A DNA stretch of 64,000 bases from an uncultured delta proteobacterium (GTDB lineage: Bacteria > Desulfobacterota > Binatia > UBA9968). Under the pieces are notes generated by a model. It had not been told where the DNA came from. It made no database searches and saw nothing but the letters and a program-made list of their open reading frames with translations. This document shows positions 10,478-19,595 of the stretch, piece after piece (the first letter of the stretch is position 1; each line of letters opens with the position of its first letter). The translations under genes were made by a program, and so were the position numbers. The stretch lies in assembly GCA_963816145.1 (NCBI GenBank), contig CAWFJP010000011.1, forward strand, positions 448,001 to 512,000. The letters run 5' to 3'.

Positions 10478-11443
10478 ATGGCTTACTCGATCAAACTCAC
10501 CTTGGGCATGGCGATAACTCCGCGCACCCGCGCTCTATTCGACGGCACGGTTCGCCCTGAAGCGATCGAGCTGCGCTGCGAGAGCCAATTCGGCGACGGC
10601 CTGGATAATACCGGCGCGCGCCACCGGGCGATCCTCGGCGGCGCCATCGACGGCGGCGAATGTTCGACCTCCTCGCTGATTCTGGCGCGCATGAGAGGCA
10701 TGTCGATTCGCGGCCTGCCGGTTTTTCCGGCGCGCCAGTTTCGCCACCGCTGCATTTACTGCGCGACGGCATCGAACCTGGTCCATCCATCCGAGCTCGC
10801 AGGCAAACGCGTGACCGCCCATCGCTACAACGCCACCACCGCGGTTTGGTTGCGCGCCCTATTGCAGGACGAATACGGCGTCGCGCCGCAAGCGATGCAG
10901 TGGTATGTGGCGGAACCGGATGTCGGCGAGGAAGCCGGCGTGCCGCCGCCTGCGTCGGTGGCCGTAAACTTCATTGCGCCGCCGCGAACTCGCGAGCATG
11001 CCATTGAATTGGTGGAGAACGGCGGAATCGACGCCGCATTGGAACCCTACGGCTCGCTCGCCAAAAATCCGCAACTGCGCCGCTTGCTCAAGGACCACCG
11101 GCGCGAGGAAGCCGCCTACTTTCGCCGCACCCAGGTGATCCCGGTGATCCATACGCTGGTCCTGCGGGAAAAGCTGGCCGAAAACCACCCTTGGATCATC
11201 GACAGCCTGCTCGCCGCTTTCCGCAAGGCGCGCGCTCTGGAAGAGAAGTACATGAGCGCCGACGAGAAAGACGAAGCGCGCTGGTTGAGCGCTGCTATCG
11301 GTTACGACCCGTACGCCTACACTTTTGATGAATCGACGCGCAAGTCGCTCGACGCTTTGATCCGCTGCCAGATCCAGCAGGGACTGCTCCAACGCGCGCC
11401 CGCGCTGGAAGAATTGTTTTTTCAGCAAACCTTGAACGCTTAA
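10478..11443 (+). CDS. 4,5-dihydroxyphthalate decarboxylase family protein
   Basis: RTRALFDGTV, PVFPARQFRH, LAGKRV..Y..TTAVWLRALLQDEYGV and YFRRTQVIPVIH motifs. Confidence 0.8.
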   Translation: MAYSIKLTLGMAITPRTRALFDGTVRPEAIELRCESQFGDGLDNTGARHRAILGGAIDGGECSTSSLILARMRGMSIRGLPVFPARQFRHRCIYCATASNLVHPSELAGKRVTAHRYNATTAVWLRALLQDEYGVAPQAMQWYVAEPDVGEEAGVPPPASVAVNFIAPPRTREHAIELVENGGIDAALEPYGSLAKNPQLRRLLKDHRREEAAYFRRTQVIPVIHTLVLREKLAENHPWIIDSLLAAFRKARALEEKYMSADEKDEARWLSAAIGYDPYAYTFDESTRKSLDALIRCQIQQGLLQRAPALEELFFQQTLNA

Positions 11444-11508
11444 ATTTATTTGTTGCGCTTTCAGCGCAAGTCTCCGCCACAATATAAAGTGCGCATTAGG
11501 ATCAGCGT

Positions 11509-12643
11509 TATGAAAATGAAATTTATCTTCGTGATGCTTTGGCTTATTGCCGGGGCGCATAGCGGCGTGCTGCTTTTGGCGAACCCGGCGCTATCTCAAA
11601 CCGGCGCCTCGACCGACTGGGAGCGCACAGTGGCGGCGGCGAAGAAAGAAGGCAAAGTCGTCGCCGGTATTCCGGCCAGCGCCGACCTGCGCAAACAGCT
11701 TGAAACGGCGTTCAAAGCGAAATTCCCCGCCATCGAGATTGAATTGTCGCCCAGCCGCGGGCCGCAGAACGTGAGAAAAATCGCCGAAGAGTACAAAGCC
11801 GGTATCCACAACTTCGACCTCAGCATCGGCGGCACCGACACGATGCTGTACGGTTTCGTCGAGCCGGGGATCGCCGAACCGTTTGAACCGTATATGCTTC
11901 TGCCGGAAGTCAAAGATCCCAAGCAATGGTGGGGCGGCCATATCTGGGGCGATAATCAGAGCGGCAAACGGTTTATCTATTCCTTCGAAGCTTTCACCAG
12001 CGACAATCTCTGGCACAACACCGAACTGGTGAAAGCCGAAGAGATCCGTTCCTACGACGACCTGCTGCAGCCCAAGTGGAAAGGCAAAATCGGCATACTC
12101 GATCCTCGCAACCCGGGAGCCGGCCACTCGACCTGGACGTTTTTATGGATGATCAAGGGCGAGGACTATCTCAAGAAACTGGTGCAGCAGGATCTCCTGA
12201 TCAGCACTAATCAAAGACTGCTCGGCGAGGGTCTCGCCAAAGGAAAACTCTCGCTTACCATCGGTATTTCCTACTACACGCTGGAGCCGTTTCTAAAAGC
12301 CAAGCTACCCGTCAAAGCGCTTCCCGTGCCCAAAGAAGGCACCCACACGAGCAACGGCAGCGGCACGATAACCATCGTCAAGAATCCGCCCCACCCGAAC
12401 GCGACAAAAGTGTTTATCAACTGGCTCCTCGGCAAAGAAGGGCAAGAGACCTTCGGCAAAGCGATCGGCCAGGCGACGCGCCAGCTCGACGTCGACACCA
12501 AGTGGCTCCAGTCCATCGGCGTCTATGCCGCCAAGGACTCGCTCACCATCGAGAGTTATTACAAGTTACAAAATCACCTGGAGGACGCCATCAACCAGTA
12601 TCGCCGGCCGGCCATGGAGATTGCGCGCCAGCTGATCCGCTAG
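11509..12643 (+). CDS. Extracellular solute-binding protein (AfuA/thiamine-binding-like)
   Basis: Signal peptide, WERTVAAAKKEGKV, DLLQPKWKGKI and PHPNATKVFINWLL. Start uncertain among the nearby ATGs. Confidence 0.8.
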
Positions 12644-12705
12644 CCGCATCCAATTAACCTCCGTGCGCTATCTGTTTTCGCACAAATCTCGGTCTGCGCC
12701 ATTCT

Positions 12706-13926
12706 TCACGCCGCCACCAACTTCAGATGCGCGAAACGATCGCGCCATTGAACATTTGCCGGGATGGTTTGCGCGAAGGTGTCGATGTGCGGGAAGCGAT
12801 TGCGCGCCGCGTCGCGGACAATGTGCGGCGGCTCCTTGCCAGCCTGGAATTCATTGACCGCATTGATGAGGTATTTGCGCACGGCGATCACCGCCTTGTC
12901 GCTCACCCCTAAGTGCTCGCGCGAGCGGTCGTAGATCGGCCCCATGGTTTCGGTGGCGCAGCCGTCGTGGTTGATGAAATTTTCAATGCCGGTGTAGTTG
13001 GTGGTCTTCTGGATCTGGCGGTCTTGCAAATAGTTATTCTTTAAATTGCGGATTTTGCGGTAGTCGGGGGCGATCTGGGTTTTACGATTCCAGTCGTCTT
13101 CGGTCGGCTTGCGGTCGTGCAGAAAGCCCAGATCGTAGCGCCACGCGTGCTCGTCATCCGCGGGCACGTAGATATGCGCCTCGCGGTTGCGCGCCGGCAC
13201 CCAGCAAGAGATCGGCATGACGAAGCTCGACACGCGCACATATTGGGTGTCGGGACCGGCGTTGCGCGTCGCGATCAAGCGCACGCCGAAGTCGGTCTCC
13301 TCGGTTTCATAGGCCGGCGCGGAGTCTAGGGCAAAAAGTTGGCGGCGCCCCAAAACGCCAAACTCGCGGTGCAGGAACGACAAGTGCGAAGAATCGCATT
13401 CGCCTTCAAGCCCCTGCAAGTAGTTGCAGTCCATCAGCGCTTTGGTGACGTAGGTTTGCTCCTTCGGTATCTGCGTCCATTCGTAGTTGGGGAACAGCGG
13501 CATCTGTTCGCGCGGACCAAGATAGGCGAAGACGATACCCGCCGTCTCCACCGTCCGATAGGCGACCTGCTTGAGCTTGGACTTGAAGTCGCTGCCGGCC
13601 GGTTCCGCCGGCGTGTCGAGGACGTTACCTTCGATGTCGTACTTCCAACCATGGTAAATGCACCTGATACCGCATTCCTCGTTGCGGCCGAAAAACAGCG
13701 ACGTGCCGCGATGCAAGCAGTGCTCGCCCAACAGCCCCGCTCGTCCCTGGCTATCGCGGAACGCAACTAACTTCTCGCTTAAGATGCGCACCCGCACCGG
13801 CGGACAATCAGGTTCCGGGATCTCCTCGGATAATAATGCGGGAATCCAATAGCGCCGCATTAACTCCCCCATCGGCGTCCCTACCGCGGTCTTGGTCAAA
13901 AGTTCATTCTGTTCTGTAGGCAGCAT
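12706..13926 (-). CDS. Rieske non-heme iron aromatic oxygenase (phthalate 4,5-dioxygenase/LigXa-like)
   Basis: TPMGELMRRYWIP; Rieske ligands C-x-H...C-x-Y-H (HCLHRG...RCIYHGW); mononuclear iron site EGECDSSHLSFLH; C-terminal REHLGVSD. Confidence 0.9.
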   Translation of the reverse strand: MLPTEQNELLTKTAVGTPMGELMRRYWIPALLSEEIPEPDCPPVRVRILSEKLVAFRDSQGRAGLLGEHCLHRGTSLFFGRNEECGIRCIYHGWKYDIEGNVLDTPAEPAGSDFKSKLKQVAYRTVETAGIVFAYLGPREQMPLFPNYEWTQIPKEQTYVTKALMDCNYLQGLEGECDSSHLSFLHREFGVLGRRQLFALDSAPAYETEETDFGVRLIATRNAGPDTQYVRVSSFVMPISCWVPARNREAHIYVPADDEHAWRYDLGFLHDRKPTEDDWNRKTQIAPDYRKIRNLKNNYLQDRQIQKTTNYTGIENFINHDGCATETMGPIYDRSREHLGVSDKAVIAVRKYLINAVNEFQAGKEPPHIVRDAARNRFPHIDTFAQTIPANVQWRDRFAHLKLVAA

Positions 13927-14130
13927 GTCGTATTTCCCCTTCGCCGAGCAGAATAATCATTACGACAGCAGTTTCCAACACTCGAACGCTCTGCGACTCT
14001 CACCAGTCGCACGGGCTTAAACACCCGCAATTCGATTTCTCGACGGAATCGAGGCAGGTCAACAATGGACGTCCATGGAACAATTATGGCTTTTTGCGCC
14101 ATCCTTGTGAAAATTACCAATATCGTTTTT

Positions 14131-14146
14131 CGGCATTGGAGTTGCT
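14131..14146 (+). promoter_or_regulatory. Candidate sigma-54 (-24/-12) promoter
   Basis: CGGCATTGGAGTTGCT has GG-N10-GC spacing, about 90 nt upstream of ATG 14235. Confidence 0.45.
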
Positions 14147-14234
14147 GTCCCTTCAGTAAATCGTCAAGGACATATACGTGGCGATCACGGACCCTCTTTG
14201 ATCCGTGCTGATACTGGTGATGACGGAAGGGAGC

Positions 14235-14546
14235 ATGTTTATGATAGCCGGAGGTTTTGGTCTCTATCATTTGTTGGCGTTGGCGTTGTTCCTCATCTTG
14301 GCGGCTTGGATGGCGAAAAAACCCTTCGGCGCTTTTTTCAAACCGCATACAGCGGGGAGTGCGCTTACGAACAATCTACTTGTCGAGCGACTGTTCGCGG
14401 CTAAGGCCATCTCGCCACAGAAGAACTGTCCGAACTGCGCCAAACCAACGTCGCTCTCAGCGCTAATTTGCGATGCTTGCGAATTCAATTTTCTTTCTGG
14501 AATGGTCGGAACAAAACTAAAGTCGCTACCCGCACCGAAGCTATGA
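14235..14546 (+). CDS. Small membrane-anchored zinc-ribbon protein
   Basis: N-terminal hydrophobic helix, CPNC-x10-CDAC motif, GGAAGGGAG RBS. Confidence 0.6.
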   Translation: MFMIAGGFGLYHLLALALFLILAAWMAKKPFGAFFKPHTAGSALTNNLLVERLFAAKAISPQKNCPNCAKPTSLSALICDACEFNFLSGMVGTKLKSLPAPKL

Positions 14547-14927
14547 CCGCCGAGAATCGAAACCGCATTTAACGTCTCCTTCGCTTTGATCTAAAGACTT
14601 CACAAGGCTTTTTTCCGGTCATTGATTGCCGTGGCCGACTTATCCACTTTCACGGTCCGATTCCCCTCGCAACGACCCGAGTCCCGGTTCGATTTCGGGT
14701 ATCCCGCCTCAATATCAACGCCATCTTAAGAACAACCAAGCCACACACACCTCCCTCGCCGGCTCGACGTTTGCGATTGGGTCCAAGGCCCCTCCATGTT
14801 AGCGTGATCCCTGATGGTGCGCTTGATCATAGCGCGTGAACCGGCCACTCTTCGATCAGGCCGGCCACCCGCATGAATCGGCACGGTCACACGCAGATAA
14901 ATGAATCCCCCGGCAAAGGAGCGGAAA

Positions 14928-15125
14928 ATGGATGACAAAGCACAGATTCAAGACGCCTACGGTGCGATGATACAATTGAAGTTCAAAGTGTTCTTCGAAT
15001 CATTCACGGCCGCTCATGGCGACTCCGAACAGGAGCGCAGCGCAGAAGAGCGCTTCAAGGGTGGTATTGTGCATGCTCTCTACATCCGATACCGGGCCAT
15101 CGCGCTGTTGCAGCCGGGCGCGTGA
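14928..15125 (+). CDS. Small hypothetical protein (65 aa, predicted helical)
   Basis: AAGGAG RBS 7 nt before the ATG; amphipathic helical pattern; no recognised motif. Confidence 0.6.
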   Translation: MDDKAQIQDAYGAMIQLKFKVFFESFTAAHGDSEQERSAEERFKGGIVHALYIRYRAIALLQPGA

Positions 15126-15133
15126 GTGAGACT

Positions 15134-15330
15134 CTACCCATGCCGCGACGGCCGGCCAAACCCGCAATCGGTTCGCGCATCCCGATCCTGTGCAACGCCT
15201 TCCAGGTCCAAGCCTGGATGTTGGCGACGACCGGTTTATCGCTCGCCTTCTCGATCCGTTCGATGACTGAGACCGTGCGCCACTTGTTGGACTGCATGTA
15301 GACGCCGTCAACATCGGGATATTCGCGCAA
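15134..15330 (-). pseudogene. Decayed 3' end of a maleate isomerase/arylmalonate decarboxylase-family gene
   Basis: About 80% identical (39 differences in 198 columns, manual count) to 19596-19793. Has a 1-nt deletion near the end, a stop at the homologous position and no 5' part. Confidence 0.9.
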
Positions 15331-15672
15331 GTGCGAGAATCCTGATAGGGCAACCTGACGTTAAGGACCGGAAGGATTATGTTGCCGATATCATCCTTCC
15401 GTGCTGCTTCGCTTGCCGCAACATCACTCAGGTTACCTGTTACGTTTGTCCGCGGTTAACAATGAATTATCGATTGCGATCCTGTCGGAGGGTATGCGCA
15501 CCTGAGGTAGATTCGAATGATCCGCCACAGCCTTGGCAACTGTTCTGCTCCGAGTGCTCTTTTAGTCCCTTTGCTGAAACCCGCGCCAATTCTTGTCGGC
15601 TTCCTGCTGTGTAGTTTACTCCTATAAGTTCTCTAATTGTTTAGAACCCTCCCTGAGTTCCAACGAGTCATT

Positions 15673-15688
15673 TGGTGCGGCGTTTGCT
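15673..15688 (+). promoter_or_regulatory. Candidate sigma-54 promoter of the kinase operon
   Basis: TGGTGCGGCGTTTGCT (TGG-N10-GC-T) about 60 nt before ATG 15747, with an AT-rich tract upstream. Confidence 0.6.
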
Positions 15689-15746
15689 GTAAGACTCGCG
15701 AGAGTATTGTCTAGCGTCATCTCGTTTTCGCGAGAACCGGCAGAAA

Positions 15747-18164
15747 ATGATTGAGTTTGCCTCAAGTCTCAGGGGTCGTTTAATCGCACTTGTGCTGCTG
15801 GCGCTTCTGCCAGCTTTCTGCGTTATCTTATTCACCGATCAAAGACACCGCGCTTCTATCGCTACCCAGGTGCAGAAGAGCGCTCTCGGATCTGCCCGCG
15901 TCATCGCCACCGAACAACGGCGGATATTCGAGAATGCCCATCAGTTACTCATTACCCTGGCGCGGTTGCCCCAGATCCGCGAGCACAATAGCGTCGCATG
16001 CGAAAAGATTCTGGTTGGATTATTGGAGCCGCTGTATATCGATCTCGGAGTCTTTGATCCCAAGGGCAATTTGCTGTGTAATGCATCGGGCGCCAGCGCC
16101 TACCAAGGCCGCCACCTAAACAACTCTCTCATCCGCCGCGTCGTTGAAACCCAAGATCTAACGGTGGGTGAAATCCAACAGGATGCGTCGAACGGCAAGA
16201 CGGTCATCGAGTTGGGGTTTCCCGTTAGCGATGCGCCAGGCATTCTTCGCGGCATCGCATTCGTCGTCTTGGATTATTCCTGGATTGTCCGAATTACCGC
16301 CGTAAATCATTTACCTTCAGAAGCGTCATTTACGCTCTTCGACGACCAGGGTAGGGTCTTTCTGCGTTACCCGGAAGAAGCAATAGCGGTCGTTACGCGT
16401 ATTCACGCCGGGGTTCCCGTTGGTGCAAACCTCGTTCGAGGAGTCGAGGGGAACATCGAATCCCTCGGCGTGGACCGCGTGGCGCGCCTCTTTACCTACC
16501 GGCAATTGGACAACCGTATAGCCGGGAACATTTATTACGTAGGGATCGACATCCCAGCTCGGGCAGCGTTTAGCGAATCGGAGCGCATACTTCGGCAAAA
16601 CCTCCTGGTTCTCGGCGGCTTGGCAACGTTAACTTTGGTCGCAGCCTGGTTCGGCGCCGATCTGTTCGTATTGCGCCGAGTGCGTGATTTGATGAGTGCC
16701 ACAAGGGAACTAGCCTCGGGCAATTTGACGGCACGCACGGGTCTGCCCTACGGCGAGAGTGAGCTCGGACAGCTTTCCCGGACCTTCGACGATTTGGCAC
16801 AGACACTGGAGCAACGCGCGGCAGACGCCAGAGTGGCAGAAACGAAAATTCAAACGCAGCACCTACGCCAAAGCGCCATTCATGAAATCAGTGCGGCAAT
16901 GACCTCCAGTCTCGATGTCGGCAATGTTTTAAATGCTCTTCTCAACGGTGTCGCCGCCCTGTTTCCCTCGTCATATGCGACTCTGAGCTGGTTGGATGAG
17001 CATAGCGGAATGATCGAGACCGTTGGTCAGCCGACGCGAAACGAAGCTACGGACAAGCAAATTTCCGCCAATAGCGAACTAGGTCTCCCTAAGGAAGTCG
17101 TCAAACTAAAGTCTCCCCTGCTGATCCCGAATGTTCAGTTGGATTCGCGGGTGTCGGCCCCGGATTACCTGCGCGCCGCGGGCTTTGTCACGTACCTAGG
17201 CCTGCCGATGATCGTCAAAGATGAAGTATTGGGCGTCCTATCTTTCTATTCAACGGAAGCTATCGACCTAAGACCCGAAGAAGAGATTTTTCTAACTGAC
17301 ATCACGCAACAGGCGGCCATCGCGCTTCACAACTCACGTCTGTACGAGCAGACCAAGAATCAAGCTACCGAGCTCGAGAAATCGAACCGGATCAAAGACG
17401 AATTCCTGGGAGTGATCTCTCACGAACTGCGCACACCGCTCAATATCATTATGAACTGCGCGGAAGCACTGAAGATGGGTGTGTTTGGCGAGATCACCGC
17501 GGAGCACGAAAAAGGCACGGAAAAAATTAGAACCCAGGCAAGCCATCTGCTGTCGCTGATCAACGGCATATTGGAAATCACCAAAATCGAAACCGGCGGA
17601 ACCAGCCTCAACCTCGAACCCATCGATCTCAATGCGCTCAGCAGCGAGTTAGAATCCGACTATGCCATGGTGTCTAAGGAAAAACATTTGGCGGTTAATT
17701 GGCACATGCCGGCCAATCTGCCCCGCATCACTTGCGACCGCATCAAACTGCGCCAGGTAATAATCAACCTGGTCAATAATGCCATCAAATTCACGGACGA
17801 GGGTTCGGTGGACATATTCTTCCGTAGCGTCGCGGACGAACCGTTCTTCGAGGTCTCGGTAGCGGACACGGGCATCGGCATGGCTGATGAGTTTTTGCCA
17901 CACATTTTCGATAAATTTCGCCAGATAGACAACTCCACCACGCGAAACTACTCCGGCACCGGGCTTGGGCTTTACCTGGTCAAGGGCTTCCTCGACCTAC
18001 TGGGCGGGACGATCGGCGTAAAGAGCAAGGTCGGTGAAGGAACGATTTTCACCGTACGGATACCGGTTCGTACGGCGGTTAGCATTCGCGCAGACCAGGG
18101 TCTACCGCGCAAGCTATCCACTGGCGGCGACGTTTCACAGCCATACATTGAAGGAGAGTTGTGA
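15747..18164 (+). CDS. Sensor histidine kinase (TM-dCache-TM-HAMP-GAF-HisKA-HATPase)
   Basis: H-box SHELRTPL, N-box NLVNNAIKFT, G boxes DTGIG and GTGLGL, HAMP motif ELGQLSRTFDDLA, GAF-like LGLPMIVKDEVLGVL. Confidence 0.92.
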   Translation: MIEFASSLRGRLIALVLLALLPAFCVILFTDQRHRASIATQVQKSALGSARVIATEQRRIFENAHQLLITLARLPQIREHNSVACEKILVGLLEPLYIDLGVFDPKGNLLCNASGASAYQGRHLNNSLIRRVVETQDLTVGEIQQDASNGKTVIELGFPVSDAPGILRGIAFVVLDYSWIVRITAVNHLPSEASFTLFDDQGRVFLRYPEEAIAVVTRIHAGVPVGANLVRGVEGNIESLGVDRVARLFTYRQLDNRIAGNIYYVGIDIPARAAFSESERILRQNLLVLGGLATLTLVAAWFGADLFVLRRVRDLMSATRELASGNLTARTGLPYGESELGQLSRTFDDLAQTLEQRAADARVAETKIQTQHLRQSAIHEISAAMTSSLDVGNVLNALLNGVAALFPSSYATLSWLDEHSGMIETVGQPTRNEATDKQISANSELGLPKEVVKLKSPLLIPNVQLDSRVSAPDYLRAAGFVTYLGLPMIVKDEVLGVLSFYSTEAIDLRPEEEIFLTDITQQAAIALHNSRLYEQTKNQATELEKSNRIKDEFLGVISHELRTPLNIIMNCAEALKMGVFGEITAEHEKGTEKIRTQASHLLSLINGILEITKIETGGTSLNLEPIDLNALSSELESDYAMVSKEKHLAVNWHMPANLPRITCDRIKLRQVIINLVNNAIKFTDEGSVDIFFRSVADEPFFEVSVADTGIGMADEFLPHIFDKFRQIDNSTTRNYSGTGLGLYLVKGFLDLLGGTIGVKSKVGEGTIFTVRIPVRTAVSIRADQGLPRKLSTGGDVSQPYIEGEL

Positions 18165-18883
18165 TGGGACCAATCATCCTACGTAACTTCATGACGGGCT
18201 ATTCGTCGATGCTCATCCTGATGGTGGCCATCTCGGGCTATTCGTCGATTCAATTGGGCAAACTCAGCGAATCCGCGAACCTCGCAGTCAACGTCGAACA
18301 GCGCATGATCGACCACTCGGAAAAACTCGCCGATGCTTTCCTGTCCGAAGTAAGATACGCGGGCAAATTCATTGTTACCCACGCCGCCGTACACCAAGAT
18401 CAGTCTAAACAATTCAAAGGTGACTTCGATCGCTACCTGGCCCAATTAAAGGCTCTACACGGGCCAAAGGATGCGGTTCAGCGCTTGGCTCGCACTGAAG
18501 AATATCATGCGCAGTTTTATCAACTGTTCGAGAAGGAAATTGATTACATCAACAACAAGCAGCCCTATGCCGAAAGCCGCTACCGGGAAGAAAGAGAGCG
18601 CCTTGTTGATTATTTGCTCAGAGAACTTGATGCATTTAAGAACGATCTCCACGAGAGTTTGCAGCAAAGAATCGCGGATATTGAACAGGCAGCGCTCAAA
18701 AGCCGAAGGATCACTTTAGGCGCCACTCTGCTACTGGTTGGTTTGGGCGCTATCTTCGCCTATCGCCTATATAGCAAAATCTCCAGTGAAGGGACGACCT
18801 CCAGTGCCGCTCGCGAGAATGCGCTGTTGGGTGGATGGTTGCGGTCCATGTCCTGGCGGAAAGGGTTTGGTATGTCGAAATGA
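18164..18883 (+). CDS. Stand-alone TM-four-helix-bundle-TM sensor domain protein (QseE/GlrK-like sensor without kinase)
   Basis: Two TM helices flank a ~155-aa helical periplasmic region, followed by only a short cytoplasmic tail. Overlaps both neighbours (TGATG, ATGA). Confidence 0.7.
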   Translation: MGPIILRNFMTGYSSMLILMVAISGYSSIQLGKLSESANLAVNVEQRMIDHSEKLADAFLSEVRYAGKFIVTHAAVHQDQSKQFKGDFDRYLAQLKALHGPKDAVQRLARTEEYHAQFYQLFEKEIDYINNKQPYAESRYREERERLVDYLLRELDAFKNDLHESLQQRIADIEQAALKSRRITLGATLLLVGLGAIFAYRLYSKISSEGTTSSAARENALLGGWLRSMSWRKGFGMSK

Positions 18884-19413
18884 AGATTCGACGATTACGG
18901 CGTTATTTGTGGTTTGCGGCACTATTGGGGTCAGTTTGGATACCCGGCTGCACGCCCTTAAGCGGGGGACCGGATACGCTCGTTCCCGAGGGTAAAAAAC
19001 CAACCGGGCCCTTCGAGCAAAGCAATGCGTTATTTTCCCACGGACAATACGAGGCCGCCTACAACGAAAACCAAAAAATACTTCAGGAAGGTCGGGGCGC
19101 GCCCGACGTGGCACTGTTCAACATGGGAATGATTTCAGCCCATTCGGCAAATCCCAAAAAAAATTATCCACGTGCCCTTGCAGCGTTTCGCACACTCGTC
19201 GTGGAGTATCCTCAGAGTCCGATGATCGAACCTGCCAAGACTTGGATTCAAGTTCTTGAGGAGTATCAAAAACTGGCCGATGAGAAGCGTGTCCTGATGA
19301 GGGAACGAGAAGCGTTGGGGCAAGAAAAGGACAAGCTCAGGTTTAGCGTCGAGAGGTCACGGCAGGTCGATGTCGATATCGAAAAAAGAAGGCGGGATGC
19401 TTTGCGAAAATAG
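18880..19413 (+). CDS. TPR/coiled-coil lipoprotein, QseG(YfhG)-like
   Basis: Lipoprotein signal (WIPG-C), TPR-like DVALFNMGMISAHSANPKKNY...EYPQSP, coiled-coil end RQVDVDIEKRRR; ATGA overlap. Confidence 0.7.
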   Translation: MKIRRLRRYLWFAALLGSVWIPGCTPLSGGPDTLVPEGKKPTGPFEQSNALFSHGQYEAAYNENQKILQEGRGAPDVALFNMGMISAHSANPKKNYPRALAAFRTLVVEYPQSPMIEPAKTWIQVLEEYQKLADEKRVLMREREALGQEKDKLRFSVERSRQVDVDIEKRRRDALRK

Positions 19414-19595
19414 CCATGGGGTGATTATTCTCGCCGATTTAGCAGATTTGCGGATCGAGGCTAAGTCCTGACTGGTTCTTCTTGTCGATTAACTGCGCCT
19501 GCGCACTCAGAATCGGTCAGATCTCCTCTGCCCGGTACGCGAAAGACTTTTTCCTAGAGTTGGCATACTTCAACGCAGTTTGGTGGGCTCACGCT

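Noticed and set aside
14683-14710. tRNA-like T-arm CCCGG-TTCGATT-TCGGG
   Set aside because: No matching 5' acceptor strand, D-arm, anticodon arm or CCA. At most a weak att-like relic.
15346-15401. Possible c-di-GMP-I riboswitch (GGGCAAC...GTTGCCGA)
   Set aside because: Too short, and lacks the GAAA tetraloop, GCAAAGC junction and P3 stem. It is a simple hairpin region.
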